NCBI GenBank assembly: GCA_045863295.1
Contig: BTWA01000016.1
Location: 67,480 to 131,479 of the forward strand
Length of the DNA stretch: 64,000 bases
Direction: 5' to 3'
From: Candidatus Hydrogenedentota bacterium
Lineage (GTDB): Bacteria > Hydrogenedentota > Hydrogenedentia > Hydrogenedentales > SLHB01
Both the position numbers and the translations under genes were made by a program. The notes under the pieces are model-generated. The model did no database searches. It had not been told where the DNA came from and worked only from the letters and a program-made list of their open reading frames with translations. Shown here one piece after another: positions 1 to 9,420 of the stretch (position 1 is its first letter; each line of letters begins with the position of its first letter).

Positions 1-1180
1 TCGCTCCCGTCGCCACGATATTGCTGATTGAGATATCGCGAATTGTGCCCACGGGTGGTAGCGGATCCAGGGGGTGCGCGGAGGGGCGCGCCGCCCTTCC
101 GCGGTTGCCGAGGCGTATGAAGATGGGCGCAACTGTACCTTCCACCGTGATATTTGAAATCGCGACACGACGCATCGATCCACCGTCCACTATTTCCAAC
201 GCAATGCCTGCAAGCCCCTCTACCCGGCCGTGATACTCGTCAGTCACTGAGGACCGGCGAATCACTGAATTTGATATCGTAATGTCATTGAATCCACCTG
301 CTGATTCCGTACCGGCTTTGATGGCGTTGCAGTGTGAACTCAATACGCAGTTGGACACGACGACATGTTCCGTGGGTCTTGACCCAGTGCTCTTGAGCGT
401 CAGGGCATCGTCGTCTGTGTCGCCGAAGCAATCCGATACGATCACATTCCGGCAGCCATCGATATCGATCATGTCGTTGTTCGCGCATCCATGGTTGAAC
501 ACGCTCACGCCTCGGATGGTGACGAAGTCGCAGTCGAGATAGTGTTGCATCCACATCGGCGAAGCGCGCATGGCTACCCCTTCCACGCGAACGTTCCGGC
601 AACTGATGAATCGAATGACATACGGCCGATTCATGTAGCGTGGCTCTGGAATAAACCGGCCTTCCGGTTCGAGCAGCGGTTTCACGGCGGCGATTTCTTC
701 CGCCGTGGCGACATTGCCTTTGAACAGATGGCCCTGGCCGTCGATAACTCCGGTACCGGTGATGCCGATGTTTTGAAGACCCTCGCCCCAGATCAAGGCG
801 CGCAGTGTGTACGCATCACTGCGCGACGGGTACTTGCAGACATTGATTGGATAGTCGGACAAGGCGCCGCTGCCCAGCAGTGTGGCGGCGTGATCAAGGT
901 GCAGCACTACGTTGTCTTTCATATAGAGGGTCCCGCTCAGAAACGTGCCCCGCGGAATTAGGACGGTGCCGCCTCCCGCAGCGGCGCATGCGTCTATCGC
1001 TGCTTGCAGGACGGTCGTGTTAAGTGTGGTCCCATCGCCCTTTGCGCCAAAAGTGGTCACGTTGTAGACGCCTGTCGCTGCCGGCTTGGTTTCGGCGGGT
1101 AAGGGTGTTGCGCTAAAGGCAGTGTAGAAGGCAAGGCCGATCGTTACGGCGAGTCGGTGCGCACGTTGGGTCGTATACAT
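1..1180 (-). CDS. Glycoside hydrolase family 28 (polygalacturonase-like), secreted; 3' end runs off the window
   Basis: Not in the ORF track because it is open at the edge. Manual minus-strand translation from ATG 1180: MYTTQRAHRLAVTIGLAFYTAFSA (signal-like), YNVTTFGAKGDGTTLNT..AIDACAAAGGGTVLIPRGTFLSG, then NNDMIDID, TDDDALTLKS and CNAIKAGTES, which are GH28-type motifs. Confidence 0.88.
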   Translation of the reverse strand, partial: MYTTQRAHRLAVTIGLAFYTAFSATPLPAETKPAATGVYNVTTFGAKGDGTTLNTTVLQAAIDACAAAGGGTVLIPRGTFLSGTLYMKDNVVLHLDHAATLLGSGALSDYPINVCKYPSRSDAYTLRALIWGEGLQNIGITGTGVIDGQGHLFKGNVATAEEIAAVKPLLEPEGRFIPEPRYMNRPYVIRFISCRNVRVEGVAMRASPMWMQHYLDCDFVTIRGVSVFNHGCANNDMIDIDGCRNVIVSDCFGDTDDDALTLKSTGSRPTEHVVVSNCVLSSHCNAIKAGTESAGGFNDITISNSVIRRSSVTDEYHGRVEGLAGIALEIVDGGSMRRVAISNITVEGTVAPIFIRLGNRGRAARPSAHPLDPLPPVGTIRDISISNIVATGA

Positions 1181-1221
1181 GACATCCCCCTTTTTAGAAT
1201 CGACTAATCCAGCCTCGTTCA

Positions 1222-2316
1222 TCATTCGGACCCCGACAACCGGCGGCGCATGCCGGCGGCGCGGTCGAAAATAGTCTCGCGGTCGATATGTATTGCCCGA
1301 TACATGGCGAAGATGTTTTCGTCGGGCGTTTCGGGCGGCACGGTGTGTGATGCGGCGAGAATGTAGCCGCCGCCATCCGACGTCATTGCTTCGACCAAGT
1401 TCGATGTTTCCCTGTATACGTCTTCTTCCGTGCCGGACGGTAAAAGGTGCTGCGTGTCCACGCCGCCCATGAAGGTAAGCGAGGATCCAAACTCGCGCTT
1501 CAGCTCGATCGGATTCATACCCGGACATGTGCATTGCACAGGGTTGAGCACATTGACCCCCATATCGATCAGATCGGGAATAATGGGACGCAATGCACCG
1601 CAGCAGTGGTAGGCAACGGGCAGCCCGGCTCGTTTGCCGGTGTCGATCACGCGCTGGAGATGCGGTTTGATGAGCGAGCGCCAGAGATCCGGGCTCATCA
1701 TCAACTGTTGCTGGCCTGCTACATCGTCGCCGGTCCATAGCCAATCCAATGCGTATCTATTGATAGATTCCCGTGCGAGGGCAACGGCAAAATCCGCACA
1801 CCTTCCCAACATGGTGTCTGCGACATTTTCTTGTGCGATCATGTCCAACATGGCCTCTTCCATGCCGCGCAAGCGCCAAAACATTTCGAACGCGCACGGC
1901 GATACATCCACGCCAACGAAGAACTCCGAACGCGGATCGATGATGGGTTGCATGAGCGACACCAAATCCGGAATGCGATCATAGGGAAAGGGATAGTCGA
2001 GTAGTTCTTCGGGGGTTGCGTCTTTGAGTGGAAACTGGACTACTTGGTTGTAGGCGCCCTGCTTTTCCCAACCGATTCCCCAGAAGTCCACGTGCGATTC
2101 GCCGTCGTGCTCATGGATGATGCCCTCCATGGCGTAGTTGTTGTTGACCCATGTTTGACGGACGTCATTCCCCATGGCTTCGCCGACATAGGCGGGTGGA
2201 ATTTCGAGCAGTCCGGCCAAGCGGCGCGCTGTGCATGGATGAAACCACATGAATACCGGCAGACGGTCTGCCGGTGTGCGGTCCAGCGCCGCGCGCACCC
2301 GATTTCGCGAATTCAT
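1222..2316 (-). CDS. Uroporphyrinogen decarboxylase / MtaA-CmuA methyltransferase family protein
   Basis: MNSRNRV..DRLPVF N-terminus; WTGDDVAGQ, YHCCG, FMGGVDTQ and GGGYILAASH motifs typical of URO-D-like TIM barrels. Confidence 0.85.
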   Translation of the reverse strand: MNSRNRVRAALDRTPADRLPVFMWFHPCTARRLAGLLEIPPAYVGEAMGNDVRQTWVNNNYAMEGIIHEHDGESHVDFWGIGWEKQGAYNQVVQFPLKDATPEELLDYPFPYDRIPDLVSLMQPIIDPRSEFFVGVDVSPCAFEMFWRLRGMEEAMLDMIAQENVADTMLGRCADFAVALARESINRYALDWLWTGDDVAGQQQLMMSPDLWRSLIKPHLQRVIDTGKRAGLPVAYHCCGALRPIIPDLIDMGVNVLNPVQCTCPGMNPIELKREFGSSLTFMGGVDTQHLLPSGTEEDVYRETSNLVEAMTSDGGGYILAASHTVPPETPDENIFAMYRAIHIDRETIFDRAAGMRRRLSGSE

Positions 2317-2530
2317 GGCACTTCCCTCGGCACGGCGCGGAAAGGGGGAACGGCTGCGCCGGATTTGGGGGGGAGTTCCAGACTATCATGTCTGGCCTTC
2401 GTTCAGGGAGAGTCGCTGCCCATTTTCCAGGACCCAAGCCTTCCTCCGGAATGCGCGCATTCCTTGTCCGGTTTTGGCTTGGCGTGATAGCATTCCCCTC
2501 TTATTCGCGCAAAAATTGGGAGTTTTTTGT

Positions 2531-3460
2531 ATGGCGGAGGAAAAGAAGGGGTTTTTCGGGCGGCTAAAGGAACGGCTGTCCAAAACCCGGACCGGCCTGG
2601 TGGACAATGTGCGCCGCGCACTTTCGGGCCGCACAGCCATCGACGACGACCTGTTCGAGGAGTTGGAAGCCATTTTGGTTCAGGCGGATATGGGTGTCGA
2701 GGCCACGCTTGAGATTTTGAAAGACATGAAGAATATCGTTCGGGAGCGCCATGTTCGCGACCCCGAGGAATTGTTGGGAATTCTAAAGGCCGAGTTGGCG
2801 CAAACGTTGCAGCCCGGCGATCACGAGTTGAGTTTCGAATGTGCCGAGGGACCTCATGTGGCCCTTATTGTCGGGGTGAACGGATCGGGGAAGACCACCA
2901 CGATTGGCAAACTTGCCAGCCACCTTAAAAGCCAGGGCAAGTCCGTGATTCTGGGCGCGGGAGATACATTTCGTGCCGCGGCCGTCGAACAGCTCACGAT
3001 CTGGAGCGAGCGGGTTGATGTGCCGATTGTGAAACACAAGAGCGGCGGTGATCCCGCCGCGGTGGCGTACGACGCGGTTGACGCGGGCGTTTCGCGGAAT
3101 ATGGACTGTGTGCTGATCGATACGGCGGGCCGGCTTCACACGAAAGTGAATCTCATGGAGGAACTGAAGAAGATCAATCGGGTGGTGCAGAAGCGAATGC
3201 CTAGTGCGCCCCATTCGGTTCTGTTGGTTCTGGACGCCACCACGGGCCAAAACGGCCTTCAGCAAGCCAAGATTTTCACCGAGGCGTTGAATGTGACTGG
3301 CATCATCCTGACCAAGTTGGATGGAACCGCCAAAGGGGGTATCGCGCTTGCCATCCAACGGCAAATGGGAATACCCATAAAAATGATTGGGGTGGGAGAA
3401 GCGGTGGACGACTTGCAGCCGTTCAATCCACATCAATTTGTGGAGGCACTCTTCTCCTGA
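2531..3460 (+). CDS. ftsY: Signal recognition particle receptor FtsY
   Basis: GVNGSGKTTT, DTFRAAA, DTAGR, TKLDGTAKGG; start re-assigned to MAEEKKGFFGRLK (short form without an acidic domain). Confidence 0.97.
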   Translation: MAEEKKGFFGRLKERLSKTRTGLVDNVRRALSGRTAIDDDLFEELEAILVQADMGVEATLEILKDMKNIVRERHVRDPEELLGILKAELAQTLQPGDHELSFECAEGPHVALIVGVNGSGKTTTIGKLASHLKSQGKSVILGAGDTFRAAAVEQLTIWSERVDVPIVKHKSGGDPAAVAYDAVDAGVSRNMDCVLIDTAGRLHTKVNLMEELKKINRVVQKRMPSAPHSVLLVLDATTGQNGLQQAKIFTEALNVTGIILTKLDGTAKGGIALAIQRQMGIPIKMIGVGEAVDDLQPFNPHQFVEALFS

Positions 3461-3649
3461 GTGACCACCCCTCCGCAGTGTTCGGATGAAGACGAGAGAT
3501 AGTAGAGCCAGGCACTACCGGCTTTTCACGACATTTGCATTTTTGTCGTGATATCGATACCATTTGGAAGAGTTCGGTTGGGGGATTCGGCCGAAGACAA
3601 ATTGACAATCTGCGCATTACGTGATTTCTGTCGCCATTTTTTCATTGAA

Positions 3650-3679
3650 TTGCCTGTTTTATGGGGTTTGCGGTACAAT
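3650..3679 (+). promoter_or_regulatory. Putative sigma70 promoter for the ATPase-HDOD pair
   Basis: TTGCCT-N18-TACAAT, about 75 bp upstream of ATG 3756. Confidence 0.4.
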
Positions 3680-3755
3680 TCCGATGCTGGTCGTGGGAGA
3701 TCTGGCCATCGGTCTCTACCGGGTTCTGCCAGACTTAAGGTTACAGCTCTTGAAG

Positions 3756-5645
3756 ATGAAACGTGCCCACAAGGGCGTCACTCCGTCCAAGCTTGGGGAA
3801 GCTTTGGTGAAAGACGGAGTGCTTACGCCTGAGCAGTTGCAGCGCGCGCTGCGGATCCAGGCCGGTCTGGAGCAGCCGCGTCAATTGGGCGAGGTGCTGG
3901 TTGAACTCGGGTTCGCCACTAAACAGGCCATTTCCCATGCCATTTCGAAGTATGGATCGGGCATGCGGCTCGGCGACATTCTGGTCGAGCAGGGGCTGAT
4001 TTCTGCCGAGGAGTTGCAGCAGGCCTTGCTCCTTCAGAAGGAAAAAGGCCTCAAGCTGGGCAATGCGCTCATTGAGCTGGGCGCGATCAACCAACAAACC
4101 CTACTGCAGAATCTGGCCCACCAGTCCAGTGTGCCCTACATCGAACCTGCGTTCGCCATGGTGGACCAGCGGCTTCTTGACGGTGTATCGCCGGACTATC
4201 TTTCCCGTTACAACTTTCTGCCATTCAGCCGGGGCGAAGACGGCAGGATTACGGTCATTTTCGGCGATCTGGCTGACGAAGACGGGAAAGCGGCCGCAGA
4301 ACAACTCCTTTCCGGCGGTTTTTCTGTTGCCTTGGGTCCGCTCGATGCGATTCAACAGACTATTGAAGACTTTCGCCGTTTCCGCATGGACCGCAAGAAA
4401 CGCGCGGGAGGCGAAGCGCCCGCGGAAGACGACGAAGACTCGGTGGTGCGGTTGGTGGAGCATATCATCACGGCGGCAATTCAGGAGCGTGCGTCTGACA
4501 TTCACATCGAGCCCATGTCGGAGGTGATTCGGCTTCGTTACCGGATCGACGGAGTGCTGGTATACAAAACCGACCTGCCCAAGAACCTCTATTCCCGCAT
4601 TGCTTCGCGCATCAAGATTCTGGCGGAGTGCAACATCACGGAGCATCAGCGGCATCAGGGCGGCCGTATTCAGTTTCTCATGGGCGGCGAGGAGTATGAC
4701 CTGCGCCTTTCCTGCTACGTTACTGTGCACGGCGAGTGCATTGTGATGCGCGTGCTCAACAAGCGGGTAGGGCTGGTTGAGTTGGAGGAACTTGGTTTTT
4801 GTCCGACGATGCTTGATCGCTTCCGGAAGGAAGTGCTGGACGTTCCAACGGGGGTGGTGCTCATCACGGGTCCGACCGGTTCGGGCAAGACCACGACTCT
4901 TTATTCGTGTCTCGGTTATTCGAATTCGATCGACATCAAGATCATCACGGCGGAAGATCCGGTCGAATATATGATCGACGGGCTGATTCAATGCAGCATA
5001 TTCGACAAGATTGGCCGTACGTTTGAATCCACATTGCGCGAGATGGTGCGTCAAGACCCGGATATCATTGTCATGGGTGAAATTCGCGATCGCGTCACGG
5101 CGCAGACGGCGATCCAGGCCGCATTGACCGGGCACAAGGTGTATTCCACGTTTCATACTGAAGACACGATTGGCGGGCTTCTTCGTCTGATCGACATGGA
5201 TATCGAGACCTTTCTGATTTCCTCCACGGTGATCAGCGTGATTGCACAGCGGCTGTTGCGCCGAATCTGCGTTCATTGCGCGCAGCCGTATGCGCCTGAT
5301 CCGATTCTGCTTGACCGAGTGGGCGTAAAGTTGGACGAGGTGCGCGAACTGGACTTTAAACGCGGAGTGGGGTGCCGGCATTGTAATTACACGGGATTTC
5401 ACGGGCGGGTCGCGGTGTATGAATTGCTCGTGCTGAACGAGGACGTTAAAGAAGCGATTCTTCAGAAGAAGCCTGCGCACACGATCCGCCATATCTGCAC
5501 CGAATCCACCGGCTTGGTTTCGATGCGGGAGGACGCGGTCGCCAAGGTAGTCCGTGGTCTGACGACGTTTGAGGAAGTGGTCCGGCATGCGCCGCGCACG
5601 TTCGTCATGAGACCATTACGACAGATATTGGCGATGACCAAATAG
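3756..5645 (+). CDS. GspE/PilB-family secretion or pilus ATPase with tandem MshEN-type N-terminal repeats
   Basis: ASDIHIEP, RYRIDGVL, Walker A GPTGSGKTT, EDPVEY, Walker B DIIVMGEIRD, AQRLLRRIC, CxxC..CxxC Zn site; N-terminal xLGxxLVxxG repeats. Confidence 0.93.
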   Translation: MKRAHKGVTPSKLGEALVKDGVLTPEQLQRALRIQAGLEQPRQLGEVLVELGFATKQAISHAISKYGSGMRLGDILVEQGLISAEELQQALLLQKEKGLKLGNALIELGAINQQTLLQNLAHQSSVPYIEPAFAMVDQRLLDGVSPDYLSRYNFLPFSRGEDGRITVIFGDLADEDGKAAAEQLLSGGFSVALGPLDAIQQTIEDFRRFRMDRKKRAGGEAPAEDDEDSVVRLVEHIITAAIQERASDIHIEPMSEVIRLRYRIDGVLVYKTDLPKNLYSRIASRIKILAECNITEHQRHQGGRIQFLMGGEEYDLRLSCYVTVHGECIVMRVLNKRVGLVELEELGFCPTMLDRFRKEVLDVPTGVVLITGPTGSGKTTTLYSCLGYSNSIDIKIITAEDPVEYMIDGLIQCSIFDKIGRTFESTLREMVRQDPDIIVMGEIRDRVTAQTAIQAALTGHKVYSTFHTEDTIGGLLRLIDMDIETFLISSTVISVIAQRLLRRICVHCAQPYAPDPILLDRVGVKLDEVRELDFKRGVGCRHCNYTGFHGRVAVYELLVLNEDVKEAILQKKPAHTIRHICTESTGLVSMREDAVAKVVRGLTTFEEVVRHAPRTFVMRPLRQILAMTK

Positions 5646-5653
5646 CGACTACC

Positions 5654-6688
5654 ATGGACAAACCCAATTGCCCATATTGCGGCGCGCCTGTTGCGGCCGT
5701 GTTTCATCCGATGGAGCGGCCTGGGTTGGCCGCCTGCCTATCGTGCATGAATCCGTTTGTCTATCGGGTCGAAGGCGCTTCCACGCAGCTTTGGATACCT
5801 TCGCACGTCACTGACATCCGGCAGGCGGCGCCGCCCGACAGCATTGGCGGACAGGTATTGCGCCTGGTGCCGCGAGCGCTTGAGCGGTTGCCTTTGTTGC
5901 CGGAGGTGGCGATGGAAGTGAACACGCTTCTGCGGGATCCCGACGTGGACATGGGCAAACTTGCCCAAACCATTTCGCGGGATCAGGTCATCACGGTAAA
6001 GATTCTTAAACTTGCGAACAGCGCGCTCTTTGCGGGTCTACGCGAGATAACCGATGTCAAGGCCGCGTGTACGCGCATTGGCCTCAAAAGCACATCCAAC
6101 ATGGTGCAGGCGATTGCCGCGAGCGGCATATTCCGCGCGAGGCAATCGCAGCATGTGGAGTATATGCGCAACCTGTGGAAGCATGCGGTTGCGGCGGCTC
6201 ATTGCGCGACTGAAATCGCCGCGTATACGGCCGAACCGAATAATGAGACGATGTACGCGGCGGCACTTACGCACGACATTGGCAAGGTGCTTATTCTCGA
6301 TATCATCGTCAATGGGCGTGTTCCGGCGTTCGAACGCGTGCGCGAATCACGGGTGCTGTTCGACGAAATCATTGCAAATTATCATGGCTTGCTCGGCCTG
6401 CACGTGGTGCAACATTGGAACCTGCCTCCGGATTTTGCAGTGAGCACCTATTGTCACGCGCATCCTCAATCTACACCGGATAACGCGTGGCAGACTTCCG
6501 TGGCCATTGTATCGCTTGGTAGCGCGTTGGCGAATGCGAGCGGTTACGGCGTGAGCGACGTGGAAGTCTCTCTGCTGAGCCATCCTGCGACCAAGTATCT
6601 CGGATTTAATGACATCAAGCTGGCCACACTTCGGGTCGATTTGGAGGACAAGCTGGCGCCGCTTTTTGATTTGCCGGATCCCGCCTGA
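5654..6688 (+). CDS. HDOD-domain protein with N-terminal zinc ribbon
   Basis: LPLLPEV..ISRDQVITVKILKLANSALF, LWKHAV, THDIGK, HWNLP; N-terminal CPYC-x18-CLSC; 8 bp after the ATPase stop. Confidence 0.88.
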   Translation: MDKPNCPYCGAPVAAVFHPMERPGLAACLSCMNPFVYRVEGASTQLWIPSHVTDIRQAAPPDSIGGQVLRLVPRALERLPLLPEVAMEVNTLLRDPDVDMGKLAQTISRDQVITVKILKLANSALFAGLREITDVKAACTRIGLKSTSNMVQAIAASGIFRARQSQHVEYMRNLWKHAVAAAHCATEIAAYTAEPNNETMYAAALTHDIGKVLILDIIVNGRVPAFERVRESRVLFDEIIANYHGLLGLHVVQHWNLPPDFAVSTYCHAHPQSTPDNAWQTSVAIVSLGSALANASGYGVSDVEVSLLSHPATKYLGFNDIKLATLRVDLEDKLAPLFDLPDPA

Positions 6689-6900
6689 GAACCGTTTCCT
6701 TTCACCGCACGGGGTAAACACGTTACACTCTCGGTGGTGGCGCTGGGAAGTCAAGAAAGGCATGGCGTGAATCCATTGGTTGCATGCCTTTCGTTCCGGC
6801 GCGGACTTGGCCTAGCGGTAGTTGCTGGCCGAAGGAGTCCGGGCGCTCGGTGAAGTAAGCCGTCGCCTTGCAAAGGCACCCCGTCAATCAAGCGATCTCC

Positions 6901-8715
6901 ATGACAACAGATGCGATCTCAAATAAGCCACCGCGTGATGAGTACTCGGAACGTCTTGCGGACCGGCAGGTGGATCTGACACGGCTGACACGGTTGGACG
7001 AATGGATAGCCAACGTGCGGCTCCTGGTTTTCCTTCTGGGGGCCGGCGCGATTTGGCTTGTGGTGTCCAAGACGTTGCCTGCGGCCTTTCTCGCGGTGCC
7101 TTTGGGCGCATTCGCTGTCCTGATCGTATTGCACGAGCGGACTCGCCGTTCCATGAAGCGGGCTGCGCGTTCGGTGGCATTTTACGAGGCGTGCCTGCGG
7201 CGCACTGACGACGCGTGGATGGGCAAGGGGTTTACCGGGACCGATTTGCAGCCGCCCGATCATCCTTACGCCGCCGATCTCGACCTATTCGGACCAGGAT
7301 CACTCTATGAACTTTTGTGCACGGCGCGCACACCCTCCGGGCGGGAAACACTTGCGGGATGGCTTTGCGCTCCCACCGGGGCGGATGAGGCGGTGGCACG
7401 CCAACAGGCCGTGGAGGAACTGCGGCCGCACGTTGACCTGCGCGAAGATCTGGCTATCGAAGGCGACGATGTGCGCGAGGCAGTTCGCGCGAGATTGTTG
7501 CGGAACTGGGCTTCCGCAGCGCCGGCCTATCCGCAAGCGTGGATTCGGCCCGCTGCCATCGCCTTGACGATTGCCGCGGTTGCTTCCGCTGTGGTGTGGG
7601 GAGTTACTGGATACGCCGCGCCGTTTGCAGTCGTGGCATTGGTGGAAATCGCGTTGTTGCGATACTGCAAGTCTTCCATTCAACAGGTCATTCGGGATAT
7701 GGAAGTGCCTGGGCTTGAGTTGTCGGTTCTCGCGCACGTTTTGAGCCGGCTGGAACGGGAGTCGTTTCATGGGTCGCTGCTTCGGAGTTTGCATACGCGT
7801 TTGTTGACCGAGGGCGTGACCGCGTCGGATGCGATACGCAAACTCGACCGGCTTGTGCGGGTGCTCGAGATGCAGAACAACCAACTGTTTGCACCGTTTG
7901 CGCTGTTTTTGCTCTGGCCTATTCACTCCACGTTCGCGATCGAACGCTGGCGGCATGTGTATGGAGCGCGCATTGTCGAGTGGATCGATGCGGTGGGTGA
8001 GTTGGAGGCGATCTGCGCCCTGGCCGCATACGCGTACGAGCATCCGGAGGATGTCTATCCTGAGTTTACCGGGCAGGGACCGCTGTTCGAGGCAACGGGC
8101 ATTGGGCATCCGTTATTGCCGCGCGGCCACTGTGTGCGCAACGACGTGCACCTGGGAAGTCCGGTCCGAGTGCTGGTTATTAGCGGATCGAACATGTCAG
8201 GCAAGAGCACGCTGCTTCGCACATGCGGAATCAACGCCGTGCTGGCTCAGGCGGGTGCTCCGGTGCATGCGCGCTCACTGCGAATGTCTCCGCTGTGTAT
8301 TGGCGCCACGCTGCGGGTGGTGGATTCCATCCAGGACGGTGCGTCACGGTTTTATGCGGAGATCCGCCGCCTGAAACATGTGGTAGACATGGCACGCGGC
8401 ACCACTCCGCTGCTGTTTCTACTTGATGAAATCCTTCACGGCACCAATTCCCACGATCGAAGCATCGGCGCCGAGGCGCTGTTGCGGGTTCTCCTTGAAG
8501 CAGGCGCCATCGGATTTGTCACCACGCATGATCTCGCCATTACGGCCAGTGCCGAATCGCATGCGCCGCACGCTGTCAACATGCACTTCGAGGATCAGTT
8601 CGCCGATGGTGCGCTTCGGTTCGATTACCGTTTACGGCCTGGTGTCGTGCAAAAGAGCAATGCGCTGGCGCTAATGCGTTCCGTCGGGCTGGACGTGCCG
8701 GAGCAGGGCGCGTAA
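6901..8715 (+). CDS. Membrane-anchored MutS-like ATPase (MutS domain V, no mismatch-binding domain)
   Basis: SGSNMSGKSTLLR, SRFYAE, LLDEILHGTN, TTHD; several hydrophobic helices; HPYAADLDLFG motif. Confidence 0.88.
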   Translation: MTTDAISNKPPRDEYSERLADRQVDLTRLTRLDEWIANVRLLVFLLGAGAIWLVVSKTLPAAFLAVPLGAFAVLIVLHERTRRSMKRAARSVAFYEACLRRTDDAWMGKGFTGTDLQPPDHPYAADLDLFGPGSLYELLCTARTPSGRETLAGWLCAPTGADEAVARQQAVEELRPHVDLREDLAIEGDDVREAVRARLLRNWASAAPAYPQAWIRPAAIALTIAAVASAVVWGVTGYAAPFAVVALVEIALLRYCKSSIQQVIRDMEVPGLELSVLAHVLSRLERESFHGSLLRSLHTRLLTEGVTASDAIRKLDRLVRVLEMQNNQLFAPFALFLLWPIHSTFAIERWRHVYGARIVEWIDAVGELEAICALAAYAYEHPEDVYPEFTGQGPLFEATGIGHPLLPRGHCVRNDVHLGSPVRVLVISGSNMSGKSTLLRTCGINAVLAQAGAPVHARSLRMSPLCIGATLRVVDSIQDGASRFYAEIRRLKHVVDMARGTTPLLFLLDEILHGTNSHDRSIGAEALLRVLLEAGAIGFVTTHDLAITASAESHAPHAVNMHFEDQFADGALRFDYRLRPGVVQKSNALALMRSVGLDVPEQGA

Positions 8716-8723
8716 AAGCAAAA

Positions 8724-8756
8724 GGGCCGGATAGGCATTTCCTGCCTTCCCGGCCC
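8724..8756 (-). terminator. Intrinsic terminator between convergent genes
   Basis: GGGCCGG-AT-AGGCA/TGCCT-TC-CCGGCCC hairpin followed by TTTTGCTTTT on the minus strand. Confidence 0.6.
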
Positions 8757-8778
8757 GAACTCCGTCGAATCGAAGAAT

Positions 8779-9198
8779 TTACAGAGAACGAAGATAGGCG
8801 ATCACGGCCCGCGCATCGTCTTCGGACAGGCGGAACGGGGGCATCGGCGGGCGCGCCGCCTTGCCGCTTCTTGCCACGCCCTGAGTCAACAGTTTCATGG
8901 CTTGTTCGTCGGTATAGCCCGGCAATCCGGCAATCATGGGCGGACGATATACCCAATCCCAGTTGTTTTCGTAGCCGAACTGGACCTTCAAATCGCCGCC
9001 CTGCAATAGTTGGGATTCGACCAGGTCGCCGCCGGCCGTACGTGGCGAGTGGCACTGCACGCACATAGCGACGCTATGCACCAGGTACTGTCCGTGGGCC
9101 ACCTGATGCGCCTGCTGCGCGGCCGGATCCGTATCTCCCGGTACGGCCGCCAACAGCAACGGCACGCAAATAAACACACCTAACACAAGGCGTTTCAT
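8779..9198 (-). CDS. Secreted monoheme cytochrome c
   Basis: Signal peptide MKRLVLGVFICVPLLLAA, a single CVQCH, distal Met candidate RPPMPPF, DDARAVIAYLRSL C-terminus; start re-assigned from 9735. Confidence 0.88.
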   Translation of the reverse strand: MKRLVLGVFICVPLLLAAVPGDTDPAAQQAHQVAHGQYLVHSVAMCVQCHSPRTAGGDLVESQLLQGGDLKVQFGYENNWDWVYRPPMIAGLPGYTDEQAMKLLTQGVARSGKAARPPMPPFRLSEDDARAVIAYLRSL

Positions 9199-9355
9199 AA
9201 CCCCAACTACTCCTTTCCCAATCCGATGAATTTGACTGCGCGGTTCGCGCGAGCGGGGATTATAGTCCGCCCGCGCCGCACTCCGCAAAACCGCCTGGCG
9301 GGCCGGCCGGAATCCGGGAGCGGGATGTACCCCATGACCTGCCGGGCTAACGGGA

Positions 9356-9396
9356 TTGACAATGGCGGACAAGTGTTTTAAACTATTAATACACTT
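9356..9396 (+). promoter_or_regulatory. Sigma70 promoter overlapped by a YtrA-type GntR operator
   Basis: TTGACA(9356)-N17-TAAACT(9379); palindrome AAGTGTTTTAA-ACTA-TTAATACACTT (9371-9396) resembling the YtrA AGTGTA..TACACT inverted repeat. Confidence 0.75.
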
Positions 9397-9420
9397 GATA
9401 CATTTGTGAGGGCAGACGCC

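Noticed and set aside
4101..5588. 495-aa ORF antisense to the PilB/GspE gene (similar cases at 15445-16725, 38870-39823, 61196-62014 and 62795-63769)
   Set aside because: Shadow ORFs opposite well-supported genes; they have no recognisable motifs and are expected from GC-rich codon bias
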